Positions 1-8,162 of a stretch of 30,833 bases of DNA are shown here, piece by piece. The DNA is taken from assembly GCA_028710695.1 (NCBI GenBank), contig JAQTTP010000008.1, positions 1-30,833 on the forward strand. The letters are read 5' to 3'. Below the pieces are notes generated by a model. The model was given only the letters and a program-made list of their open reading frames with translations, ran no database searches and was not told the origin of the DNA. Each line of letters opens with the position of its first letter. Position 1 is the stretch's first letter. The stretch comes from Candidatus Iainarchaeum sp. GTDB lineage: Archaea > Iainarchaeota > Iainarchaeia > Iainarchaeales > 0-14-0-20-30-16. The position numbers and the translations under genes were made by a program.

Positions 1-579
1 GGGCGTCTGGTATGGATCGGAGATTCTGGAACTTCAGCTCCTGCAAATGAAAAATCGATCTCTGAAAAAGATGTAAACCCTCAATCCGCTACTGATAAAG
101 ACTATAGTGGTTGGATAAGGGCCAATGCAGATGGAGATGTTTTGGACTTTTCTGAGCTTATCTCTGTTGAGTTTTTAGGAAATTTTTGTGATTTGAAAAA
201 TTGTGCAAATCCATATACTGAATATGTTGGAAAAATGCTTGCAGAAGGTTCAAGCAGTTTAACTAAGCAAATGTTATCTACTGCTGAGCTACATGGAACC
301 TTTTCTTTGGTAAAAACTAAAAAGAAAGTTTCTACTACAGTTGCATTAATGCTAGATTATCAGTCTCATTTGATAACTAATGGTGGAGAAGATCTGGGAA
401 ATATCCAGCCTCTAATAGTTTCATCAGGGCTTGGTGGAAAGGTAGCATATTATGCTGTACCTCCAGAGCACTTCTTTGATTTCTCAGGAAGCGGAGCAGT
501 TCAGATAACTGACTTTGTTAATACTGGTATGTATTATGGAGTGTTAGTAGAGAATCTTTACTTTGGAATGTTGGAGTAA
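1..579 (+). CDS. C-terminal part of an uncharacterised protein, 5' end outside window
   Basis: Frame 1 is open from base 1 to the TAA at 577-579. The listed start at 142 is a TTG with open sequence upstream, so this is a 5'-truncated CDS. Confidence 0.7.
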   Translation, partial: GRLVWIGDSGTSAPANEKSISEKDVNPQSATDKDYSGWIRANADGDVLDFSELISVEFLGNFCDLKNCANPYTEYVGKMLAEGSSSLTKQMLSTAELHGTFSLVKTKKKVSTTVALMLDYQSHLITNGGEDLGNIQPLIVSSGLGGKVAYYAVPPEHFFDFSGSGAVQITDFVNTGMYYGVLVENLYFGMLE

Positions 580-619
580 AGAAAGGGTTTGTTTTTAAAC
601 TTTTTCCCCTTATAACATT

Positions 620-714
620 CTCATACTTTTTACGTTTAGTAAATTCTGGGTTATCGAGCCATAAGGCGAAGATGGACCCACTTTTGGCGAACGTAGGCTT
701 TTTGTAAAAGCCTC
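620..714 (+). other. Relatively GC-rich, potentially structured leader or ncRNA segment upstream of tRNA-Leu
   Basis: More GC-rich than surroundings. Contains GGCTTTT(696-702)/AAAAGCC(706-712) hairpin, loop TGT, and a weaker GGGTT/GACCC pairing. No convincing ORF. Confidence 0.25.
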
Positions 715-798
715 GCTGGGGTACCGAAGCGGTCAAACGGGATAGGCTTAGGACCTATTGGCTTAGTGCCTTCGCAGGTTCAAGTCCTGCCTCCAGCA
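715..798 (+). tRNA. tRNA-Leu (anticodon TAG)
   Basis: Acceptor GCTGGGG(715-721)/CTCCAGC(791-797), D stem CCG/CGG, anticodon stem ATAGG/CCTAT with loop CTTAGGA (TAG at 749-751), long variable arm with GGC/GCC, T arm GCAGG-TTCAAGT-CCTGC, discriminator A. CCA not encoded. Confidence 0.95.
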
Positions 799-799
799 C

Positions 800-831
800 T
801 ACACCCCTTCTTTTTGTAAAAAGAAGGTGTA
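800..831 (+). terminator. Strong hairpin just downstream of tRNA-Leu (processing or termination element candidate)
   Basis: CCTTCTTTTT(806-815)/AAAAAGAAGG(818-827), extended by TACA(800-803)/TGTA(828-831) across a 2-nt bulge. Confidence 0.5.
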
Positions 832-841
832 AAGGTTATCC

Positions 842-876
842 CAAGAAAAACAGGGGGCGTAAAGCCCCTGTTCTTG
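842..876 (+). other. GC-rich stem-loop between tRNA-Leu and cyclophilin gene
   Basis: CAAGAA(842-847)/TTCTTG(871-876) plus CAGGGG(851-856)/CCCCTG(865-870), 3-nt AAA bulge. Confidence 0.5.
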
Positions 877-921
877 AGGTAATAATATATTACTATTTTT
901 CCTATTTCTTATGTGGTATTT

Positions 922-1518
922 ATGGTGGATAAGAAATTATATTTGTCTGGATTTTTAGTTTTGATATTAATTATTGCAATTGTTTTTTTGGTATTCTCTG
1001 TTGCTAAGCCAAAGGAAAAAGAAATAACAAAAGAAATTGCTGTATTTGAAACAACTCAAGGCACTTTTGAAATTGAGTTAGATAGAAATGCAGCACCAAT
1101 AACTGTGGAGAACTTTGTTAATTATGTTAAAGCAGGATTTTATGATGGAACTGTATTTCACAGAGTAATACCTAACTTTGTTGCACAAGCAGGTGGTTAT
1201 ACTGCTGATGGTGTATCAAAACCAAGAGGAAGCCCAATATTTTTAGAATCTAAGAATGGATTGAGTAATAAATTAGGAACAGTTGCAATGGCAAGAACAA
1301 TGGTAGAGAACAGCGCCACAAGTGAGTTTTATGTTAACCTTAAAGATAACCTATTCCTAGATTACAGCCCAGAAACTGCGGGATATGCAGTGTTTGGAAA
1401 AGTAATAAAGGGAATGGATATTATTTTTAAAATTGCAGAACTACCTACAAAGACCAAATATAATATGGAAGATTGGCCAGTTCAAGATGTGGTTATTACA
1501 AAGGCATATATGAAATAA
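922..1518 (+). CDS. Cyclophilin-type peptidyl-prolyl cis-trans isomerase with N-terminal membrane anchor
   Basis: TTQGTFEIELDRNAAPITVENFVNYVKAGFYDGTVFHRVIPNFVAQAGGY is a classic cyclophilin core. N-terminal LSGFLVLILIIAIVFLVFSV TM segment. ORF track start 913 is GTG; ATG at 922 preferred. Confidence 0.93.
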   Translation: MVDKKLYLSGFLVLILIIAIVFLVFSVAKPKEKEITKEIAVFETTQGTFEIELDRNAAPITVENFVNYVKAGFYDGTVFHRVIPNFVAQAGGYTADGVSKPRGSPIFLESKNGLSNKLGTVAMARTMVENSATSEFYVNLKDNLFLDYSPETAGYAVFGKVIKGMDIIFKIAELPTKTKYNMEDWPVQDVVITKAYMK

Positions 1519-1563
1519 TATAAAAGTTTGAACCTAACTTGACAGGATCATATCCCTACTTGC

Positions 1564-2352
1564 TTAAAAAGGTTTTATCAGACAAGTTGTCACATATGAT
1601 AAAAATAATAATCCTAGAAGCAAGTAAACCACTGGTAAAAAGCTTGCAATTATAATGAAAATGTAAAGGATTATTATTAGAACAAAGCAGAATGTGAGCT
1701 TTTCTAAATACTTGTTTAGTCCATTTCTTGTGAACTGTTTGAATAACCCTTTGAATACCTCTTTTATTTGTGAAGTTTTGACTTTGTAATCTGTAGAATG
1801 CATTGGTAAAACCATTAGATCAAGGAATGTTGGGAATAATGCAATGTAAATAATTGTGAATAAATAGTTTAAAATTTTTGTTACTACTGCTACGTTTATC
1901 AAGGTTCCTAATAATAGATCTAGGCCGTACATAATTCCTACAATAATTAAGACCAATATTGGGCCCAGTAGATAAGATGGGTATTTTTTTATTAAACTTA
2001 AAAACTTTGTCTGCTTGTATGCTTCTCCAAGCTTTTCCTCTTCGCCATTTTTGAATTCGCCTTTCTTGTTTGCCTCTACAATTTCAGAAAGAACTTTTGT
2101 CTTTACTAAACCTGCAAAGAAATAATAGAACCCAACGAAGAATGTAAGAACACCAAATATGATGTAAAGCAACAAACGATAATTATAGATTCCTTCTGGG
2201 CTGTATTTTATTGCTAGCCCGATAAGCAGTGCAAGAAGAAGGATTATTAGCATTCCAAAAAAGTAGTTTAGCACGTTTCCAAGATATGGTGTAATTGTTT
2301 TATATGAAATTATTGCTTCTTTTAGTCTGGAAACTACTTTATTAAATACCAT
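1564..2352 (-). CDS. Polytopic integral membrane protein of unknown function
   Basis: 262 aa with multiple long hydrophobic segments; no catalytic motif recognised. Confidence 0.75.
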   Translation of the reverse strand: MVFNKVVSRLKEAIISYKTITPYLGNVLNYFFGMLIILLLALLIGLAIKYSPEGIYNYRLLLYIIFGVLTFFVGFYYFFAGLVKTKVLSEIVEANKKGEFKNGEEEKLGEAYKQTKFLSLIKKYPSYLLGPILVLIIVGIMYGLDLLLGTLINVAVVTKILNYLFTIIYIALFPTFLDLMVLPMHSTDYKVKTSQIKEVFKGLFKQFTRNGLNKYLEKLTFCFVLIIILYIFIIIASFLPVVYLLLGLLFLSYVTTCLIKPF

Positions 2353-2441
2353 AAGAATGATTAAAAAGCAAAACTTTATAAAGGCTTGTTGTTTTTATAT
2401 AATGAGAAAATTATGTTTAATCTTATTTTGGAGGGTGTAAT

Positions 2442-3416
2442 ATGCACATGCTAAAAAAAGGTATTTTATTTGGTCTTGGTTTGAAGAACACAAACAAGAA
2501 GCACATAAAAGACTTTGTTGATGATTTATACAAGAAAGGCTATGTTGGTTATGAGGAAGCCGAAGAACTATTCAAGACTCTTGTAGAAAAAGCAAGAGGT
2601 CAAAGAGACTCTACAAAGAGCCACATAGAAGAGCAAATTAAAAACTATATTAAAGAATACGATGAACTAATCTACGAGCACTTGCTTTACTTAGAAAGAA
2701 GAGTTGAGCAATTGGAAGATGAAATTGAAAGAATGCAATTAGAGAAAGAGCTTGAAAACATGAGCGATGACGATCTAGAAAAGCTTATTAGCGAATTTGA
2801 AGCAGATCTTCCAAAAGGCCCAAAGAGTAAGAAAGAGAAAGAGCAAGATAAGATAATAACTGATATAATAAATCACGATCATGATATTGACGACAAGAAA
2901 TTAGAAGAAATCCTTTTTGGAGACGACAGAAAACACACAGTAAAAGTGAAAGTGAAAGCTAAAAAGGGCAAGAAGGCAAAGAAAGTTAAGAAGAAAAAAG
3001 TAAAGAAAGTAAAAAAAGCCAAAAAAAAGAAAGTAAAAACAATAAAGGCAAAGGCTCCTAAAGTTAAAAAGGAAAAGAAGAAAAAAGCTAAAAAGGCAAA
3101 AGTGAAGAAATCAAAGAAAAGATCTTCTAAAAGCAAAGCTAAGAAAGGCACAAAACAAATAGTTGCAAATAAGGATTCAAACATAATAATTAATGTAAAT
3201 ACTGATGTAACTCCTTCTGAAAATAAGCCTTTAGCAAAAAAAGTAACTGTAAAGAAATCAAAGAAAGCGAAAAAAGTTAAAGCTAAAGCTCCTAAGGCAA
3301 AAAAGTCAAAAAAGCCAAAGGCAAAGAAAGCAAAGCGATCTAAAAAACAAAAAAAGTCAACGCCTACAACAAAATCATATAAGAAAACAGTTGAAACAAT
3401 AGAAGAAGTATCTTAA
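2442..3416 (+). CDS. Phasin-like coiled-coil protein with long histone H1/PhaF-like Lys/Ala-rich C-terminal tail
   Basis: N-terminus LKKGILFGLGLKNTNKKHIKDFVDDLYKKGYVGYEEAEELFKTLVEKA resembles phasin/PhaF-like N-termini, followed by a coiled coil and an extended KKAKKVKAKAPKAKKSKK tail. SD GGAGGG upstream. Confidence 0.75.
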   Translation: MHMLKKGILFGLGLKNTNKKHIKDFVDDLYKKGYVGYEEAEELFKTLVEKARGQRDSTKSHIEEQIKNYIKEYDELIYEHLLYLERRVEQLEDEIERMQLEKELENMSDDDLEKLISEFEADLPKGPKSKKEKEQDKIITDIINHDHDIDDKKLEEILFGDDRKHTVKVKVKAKKGKKAKKVKKKKVKKVKKAKKKKVKTIKAKAPKVKKEKKKKAKKAKVKKSKKRSSKSKAKKGTKQIVANKDSNIIINVNTDVTPSENKPLAKKVTVKKSKKAKKVKAKAPKAKKSKKPKAKKAKRSKKQKKSTPTTKSYKKTVETIEEVS

Positions 3417-3445
3417 AGGGAATAATCTCTTCCCTCTTTTATTTT
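3417..3445 (+). terminator. Hairpin plus T-rich tract immediately after stop codon
   Basis: AGGGAA(3417-3422)/TTCCCT(3430-3435), then CTTTTATTTTATTTTTTAT. Confidence 0.5.
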
Positions 3446-3501
3446 ATTTTTTATCTTAAGACCTAACTAATGCTGTCCTTGCCCTACTTCCTCTGAATAC
3501 C

Positions 3502-3511
3502 TTTTTATATC
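3502..3511 (+). promoter_or_regulatory. Candidate TATA box of livH; transcript may be leaderless or nearly so
   Basis: TTTTTATATC about 22-31 bp upstream of ATG 3533. Confidence 0.4.
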
Positions 3512-3532
3512 TATATTCCCTTTTTTGTATAG

Positions 3533-4399
3533 ATGTTATTCCAAGTTTTTGTTAATGCAATGATTGTTGGAAGTATATATGCCCTTGTGGCTGTTGGGTT
3601 TGTTCTGACTTATACAACAACAAAATTCCTTAACTTTGGGCATGGTGCCACAGTTGCATTATCTGCATACTTGTTTTTGGTTTCATTTGATTATGTTGGA
3701 TACTTTGGGGCTTTCATAGTTGCTTGTTTATCAGCAGTTTTGTTTAATTTTGTAGTTTACCAATTTTTGTATAAGAGGCTTATGGGTAAGAAAGCCTCAA
3801 AAGTTATTTTGCTTCTAGTTTCTTTTGGAGTTTTGATTGCAGTTGAGAGTATTATTCAAATTGTATTCTCTGCATCCCCACGTAGATTGAATGTCCCGAT
3901 TGTAGAGGGTTTAAACCTGTTTGGGGCAAAGATAACCGGGATCCAAATTTTTATAGTCATAATAACTATTCTGATTTTAATTGCAGTATGGATTGTAATG
4001 AAAAAAACAAAAGTAGGGTTGGGTCTAAGAGCTATTGCAGATAACCCAGATTTGGCAGAGGTTTATGGTCTGAATTCTAAAAAGATCATTGTGGCCTCAT
4101 TTATGATTGCAGGGGTTTTGGGTGCAATTGCTGGTATGGCGATCTCTTTAGATTATGTTATAACTCCAACAGTTGGAACTGGGTATATGATTAAAGGGTT
4201 TGTTGGTGCTGTAACTGGTGGGCTTAACACTGTGTATGGTTCGATATTTGGAAGCTATGTAGTTGGTCTGTTTGAGAACTATGGTGCTTGGTTCTTTAAT
4301 TCCGGGTACAAGGATGCAATAGCATTCTTTTTATTATTTATTATGCTTATTATAAGGCCACAGGGCTTATTTGGAATCAAGAAAGGAATAAGGGGTTAG
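3533..4399 (+). CDS. livH: Branched-chain amino acid type ABC transporter permease LivH
   Basis: ALVAVGFVLTYTTTKFLNFGHGATVALSAYLF and IAGVLGAIAGMAISLDYVITPTVGTGYMIKGFVGAVTGGLNTVYGSIFGSYVVGL...IRPQGLFG are typical of LivH permeases. Confidence 0.93.
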   Translation: MLFQVFVNAMIVGSIYALVAVGFVLTYTTTKFLNFGHGATVALSAYLFLVSFDYVGYFGAFIVACLSAVLFNFVVYQFLYKRLMGKKASKVILLLVSFGVLIAVESIIQIVFSASPRRLNVPIVEGLNLFGAKITGIQIFIVIITILILIAVWIVMKKTKVGLGLRAIADNPDLAEVYGLNSKKIIVASFMIAGVLGAIAGMAISLDYVITPTVGTGYMIKGFVGAVTGGLNTVYGSIFGSYVVGLFENYGAWFFNSGYKDAIAFFLLFIMLIIRPQGLFGIKKGIRG

Positions 4400-4417
4400 G
4401 TATAAGTGGGTGTATTT

Positions 4418-5536
4418 ATGGATAAAAAAAGATTAGTGAATTTTTTTATTGTTCTTGTTCTAACAATTGTAATTGTTTTACTTATTATTTTTTCAGGAAC
4501 AACAGAAACCTACAAAATTGGATATGTTGGTGCAATGACTGGCCCAATGGCAAAGTATGGGTCTTATGAGGCAGTAAGCCTTGCTATTGATGAAATTAAC
4601 GACAAGGGCGGAATAAGCGGGAAACAGATTGAATTAATTGCAGAAGATGGAAAATGTAATGCTCAAGACGCAGTTGCCGGAGCAAACAAATTGATATTCC
4701 AAGATGGTGTAAAAGTAATTTTGGGAGGCCATTGTAGTCCGGAAAGTTTGGCAATAGCATCTTTAAGCGAAGAAAATAAAGTGATACAACTTGCATCTAT
4801 AACTACAAGCCCAAAGTATTCTGACTTTGGAGATTATATTTTTAGAACCTCTCCTTCTAGTGCTGTGCAAGGCGAAGTAATTTCAAATGCAATAAAAGCA
4901 CAAGGCTATACAAAAGTAGCAATTTTATTTGAGAAAACAGATTATGCAGAGCCAATAGCTGCAAATTTGAAAACAGGTGTAGAGAAATTTGGTCAAGTAG
5001 TTTATTATGATCAATATGTAACTGGGACAAACGATTTCAAAACGGAAGTATCAAAAATTGTAGAATCAGGTGCAGAGATAGTGTTCATATCTCCGCAGGC
5101 CCCAGATGCAACTTTATTAATTGTTAAACAGCTTTTAGAACAGGGTTCTACAGCAAAGATATTTGGAAACGATGTAACTGGTAATCTATCTGTGATAGAA
5201 AAAGATCCAACTATTTTTGAAGGAATGATCTTCACAACTCCATCTTTTGATTCAAATTCTGAGATGTACTTAATGTTTTCACAAAAGTATAAAGAAAAAT
5301 ATGGTGTTGATGTTCCTTATGGGTTTTGGACTGCAGAATCATATGATGCAGTGTTTATAATTGCAAATGCAATAAATGAGAATGGATATGATTCTGATGG
5401 AATAAAAACTTATTTAGAGGCTTTAACAGGCTTTAAAGGATCATCTGGAACAATTAGTATAAATGCATTACACGATGGAATCAGAAGTTATTCTTTGAGA
5501 ACTGTAAAATCTGGAAAAATAGTTAATTATGAATAA
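4418..5536 (+). CDS. LivK-like periplasmic-binding-fold substrate-binding protein, TM-anchored (paralog 1)
   Basis: YKIGYVGAMTGPMAKYGSYEAVSLAIDEINDKGGISGKQIELIAEDGKCNAQDAVAGANKLI. N-terminal TM without lipobox Cys. Track start 4406 is a GTG in a GTGGGTG stretch; ATG 4418 preferred. Confidence 0.92.
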   Translation: MDKKRLVNFFIVLVLTIVIVLLIIFSGTTETYKIGYVGAMTGPMAKYGSYEAVSLAIDEINDKGGISGKQIELIAEDGKCNAQDAVAGANKLIFQDGVKVILGGHCSPESLAIASLSEENKVIQLASITTSPKYSDFGDYIFRTSPSSAVQGEVISNAIKAQGYTKVAILFEKTDYAEPIAANLKTGVEKFGQVVYYDQYVTGTNDFKTEVSKIVESGAEIVFISPQAPDATLLIVKQLLEQGSTAKIFGNDVTGNLSVIEKDPTIFEGMIFTTPSFDSNSEMYLMFSQKYKEKYGVDVPYGFWTAESYDAVFIIANAINENGYDSDGIKTYLEALTGFKGSSGTISINALHDGIRSYSLRTVKSGKIVNYE

Positions 5537-5570
5537 TTGTTATTAAATTAATGTTTAAGGGGGTAATGGT

Positions 5571-6197
5571 ATGAAGTATTTAGGTTTATTATTAGTTGTG
5601 CTTTTATGTTTTGCACTTCTTTTTAGTGGGTGTGTTGGAAGTAGTACGACTGGCGAAGAAAAAATAGCAGGTGGAGAAGTAAAAGCAGGAGAAACTTATT
5701 CTGCAAGCGATAGTTTAAGCGACTGGAAGAACATAGTTGATGCTATTGACGATGGAAAAACAGTTAAATGTGAATATAATATAAACGGAAACAAAGTTAC
5801 TATGATTTTATCAGAGTTTAAGAATTATATGCACTTTTATGGTTTGACGGGAGCAACAAGTCCTTTGAATGCACAAACAGAGTTTAAGGATAATACAATG
5901 ACTTCTTATGTTTGGCAGGACACAGGGTCTGTAATACCTGATGAGTATTTATCAATATATAAGCAGTATGTGGACATTCCAGATGGAAAAAGAATTGGGG
6001 CAAAGAATGCAACTCCTTCTACTGCAGAATCATGGAAAAGTACATGGGACTATGATCCTGATAAAGCATATAGTTCTGAAGAATCACAATTTGATATGTC
6101 TTGGAGCTGTAGTACTTTGAGTTATGCATTTGGTTTACCTACTGATGTATATTTCATAGATCAACAAGAAGTAGCTAAGCAAATGGGCGGAGAATAA
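5571..6197 (+). CDS. Putative lipoprotein of unknown function
   Basis: Signal peptide with lipobox-like LFSGCVGSS; strong upstream AAGGGGGT. Confidence 0.8.
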   Translation: MKYLGLLLVVLLCFALLFSGCVGSSTTGEEKIAGGEVKAGETYSASDSLSDWKNIVDAIDDGKTVKCEYNINGNKVTMILSEFKNYMHFYGLTGATSPLNAQTEFKDNTMTSYVWQDTGSVIPDEYLSIYKQYVDIPDGKRIGAKNATPSTAESWKSTWDYDPDKAYSSEESQFDMSWSCSTLSYAFGLPTDVYFIDQQEVAKQMGGE

Positions 6198-6218
6198 TTC
6201 TCCCTTTTTTTTATTTTT
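6189..6218 (+). terminator. Hairpin overlapping stop codon followed by T-rich tract
   Basis: GGAGAAT(6189-6195) A ATTCTCC(6197-6203), then T8-A-T6; stop TAA is 6195-6197. Confidence 0.6.
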
Positions 6219-6229
6219 TGAGGCCTTTC

Positions 6230-7066
6230 ATGGATATATCAAAAATAAGGTTTGGAACAAGTGGGAATCCACCTAATTTTTTTAAATCAAAGTTCGGAAA
6301 AGATAGAAAATATGCAGTAGAGTGGATTAACTCAACAGGATTGAACGCTTATGAGTACCTAATGACTTATGGTGCAAGGTTACAAAAAGATAAAGCAGAT
6401 TATCTAAGAAAGAAAGCAGAAGAATTAGATGTAAGTTTGTCTGTGCATGGTCCATATTATGTTGTACTAACCTCTTTGGATTCTAAAAAATTAGAAAATG
6501 GTAGAACAGAACTGTTAAGGACTTTAGAAAAAACAGAATGGCTTGGAAGCAAAAAAGTGGTTTTGCACCCTGGATTTCACAATAATCCAAATGCTTTAAA
6601 AGATTTTATAAAAAATTTAAACTTAGTAACTGACTCTTATTCTGGAAAAGTAAAAGTCCTTCCAGAAACAATGGGTAAAAAATCTCAGTTAGGTAGTTTG
6701 GATGAAGTTCTTGAGATAAGTAGGGTGTGTGGAACTGTGCCCTGTGTTGATTTTGGACATTTACATGCAAGGGATTTAGGTTGTTTAAATAATCCAGAAG
6801 ATTTTAGAAAAGTATTAAATAAAATTGAAAATACTTTGGGCACAAAGGCCTTGAAAGAATTACATTGCCATTTTTATCCTGTTGAGTTTACAGATAAAGG
6901 GGAAAAGACCCATAGGGCGGTAATGGAAAAGGATGCTTATCCCAAATTTAAAGATTTTGCCCCTTTAATAAAAGAATATAATATGAATCCAACGCTAATT
7001 TCAGAATCAATGAACAGCCAAGATATTGGTGCTTTAGAAATGCAAACTATTCTTAGAAAAATCTAG
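6230..7066 (+). CDS. nfo: AP endonuclease family 2 (endonuclease IV-like) TIM-barrel protein
   Basis: IRFGTSGNPP, LSVHGPYYVVLTS, VVLHPGF, VKVLPETMGKKSQLGSLDEVLEI, CVDFGHLHARD, LHCHFYPVE metal-site signatures. Track start 6218 is a TTG inside a T tract; ATG 6230 preferred. Confidence 0.88.
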   Translation: MDISKIRFGTSGNPPNFFKSKFGKDRKYAVEWINSTGLNAYEYLMTYGARLQKDKADYLRKKAEELDVSLSVHGPYYVVLTSLDSKKLENGRTELLRTLEKTEWLGSKKVVLHPGFHNNPNALKDFIKNLNLVTDSYSGKVKVLPETMGKKSQLGSLDEVLEISRVCGTVPCVDFGHLHARDLGCLNNPEDFRKVLNKIENTLGTKALKELHCHFYPVEFTDKGEKTHRAVMEKDAYPKFKDFAPLIKEYNMNPTLISESMNSQDIGALEMQTILRKI

Positions 7067-8022
7067 TTCCAGTAAAAAGGACCCCAGATTATAGTGTACT
7101 CTTTGTATAAATCTAAAATATCATAAGAAAGATATTTTCCTAAGAACTTCTTTTTGAATTCACCTAATATGTTTCTTATCTCTTCATTGTCATCCACAAA
7201 AATTTCTATTGTCAAATCATATTTTCCTAGAAGTTGAATTGAGTGTATGCATTTGTTTGTCCTGTCGAAGAAGTTTGTAATTTCTGGGATTGAATCTAAG
7301 TCTTTTATTATGAAGTTTATTTGTGTGAACTTCTTTCCTAGCTTGTTGTAGTCTATTGCAACCATGTATCTCAAAATAACTTTTTCTTTTTCTAATCTTT
7401 TTATTCTATATTTAATTACTTTTGGATCTAAGTTTAGCTTTTGTCCAATCTCAACTAAAGGCATTCTTGCATTTATTGACAAAATATTTAGTATTTTTAT
7501 GTCTTGTTCATCTACCTTATTGTTTATTCTTTCATCTTGTTCATACACAGTTCTTATCTTTTCACAGCCGTCATATAGCCTAATATTAAATCTATTAATG
7601 TTTAGTGGAAAGTGCATGTCTTTCTCTATTATGTGTTCTCCATAGTTTCTTTTAAGTTCGGTTATGAATCCTTGGAATTGATTTGGTGTTTTTACCATAA
7701 GTAGAACAACAACATCATAGCTTCCTTGGCTACTGCCTAGATAAGCACAATACTTTTGGTTTTTTATGTAATCCAAAATCTCGTTTTCAAGTTGGGGGGT
7801 AACATTGTGGAGTTTTATTAGAAGCTTGTAATAGAAGTGATTCAGCTTTGCAGTATTGAAGGCAGTGTAGAATTCAGTTATAACTCCAGAAGTTATTAGC
7901 TTGTCTATTCTATATTTCACAGTCTCTTTCGATGCACCTGCTTTTTTCCCTATTTCAGTAAGGGGGGCCCTAGAGTTAATATCTAGTTCTGTTAATATCT
8001 TTCTGTCTAATAAATCAAGCAT
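7063..8022 (-). CDS. Tandem two-unit Lrp/AsnC family transcriptional regulator
   Basis: Two similar HTH units: LLDRKILTELDINSRAPLTEIGKKAGASKETVKYRIDKLITSGVI and VDEQDIKILNILSINARMPLVEIGQKLNLDPKVIKYRIKRLEKEKVI, each followed by a RAM-like region. Confidence 0.9.
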   Translation of the reverse strand: MLDLLDRKILTELDINSRAPLTEIGKKAGASKETVKYRIDKLITSGVITEFYTAFNTAKLNHFYYKLLIKLHNVTPQLENEILDYIKNQKYCAYLGSSQGSYDVVVLLMVKTPNQFQGFITELKRNYGEHIIEKDMHFPLNINRFNIRLYDGCEKIRTVYEQDERINNKVDEQDIKILNILSINARMPLVEIGQKLNLDPKVIKYRIKRLEKEKVILRYMVAIDYNKLGKKFTQINFIIKDLDSIPEITNFFDRTNKCIHSIQLLGKYDLTIEIFVDDNEEIRNILGEFKKKFLGKYLSYDILDLYKEYTIIWGPFYWN

Positions 8023-8162
8023 GTAATTGTATTAAGCACAAAAAGGAATATATTTATTTCCCTTTTGTTAAAAATCAAGCAGTAGTAAGAATATATACTC
8101 GGAACCGCCAATATATAATATCTTATTTTAACTGATGAAACTAATGATTTGGAGGTATTATT

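Noticed and set aside
518-736. Minus-strand ORF of 72 aa overlapping the end of the first CDS and the tRNA
   Set aside because: Starts with TTG within the tRNA gene and overlaps a real CDS; no recognisable domain. Sequence is better explained as structured non-coding DNA.
1535-1600. AACTTG...CAAGTT inverted repeat near the end of the cyclophilin gene
   Set aside because: Only 6 bp, widely spaced and overlapping the minus-strand CDS; likely chance.
2879-3184. Minus-strand ORF of 101 aa, Phe/Leu-rich, opposite the Lys-rich tail
   Set aside because: It is the antisense reading of AAA/AAG-rich codons, giving TTT/CTT (Phe/Leu). No RBS or family support.
8130-8160. ACTGATGAAAC...TGATTT considered as a C/D box sRNA (C box-like TGATGA)
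   Set aside because: No paired D box at suitable spacing and no terminal stem; it overlaps the leader of livK paralog 2.
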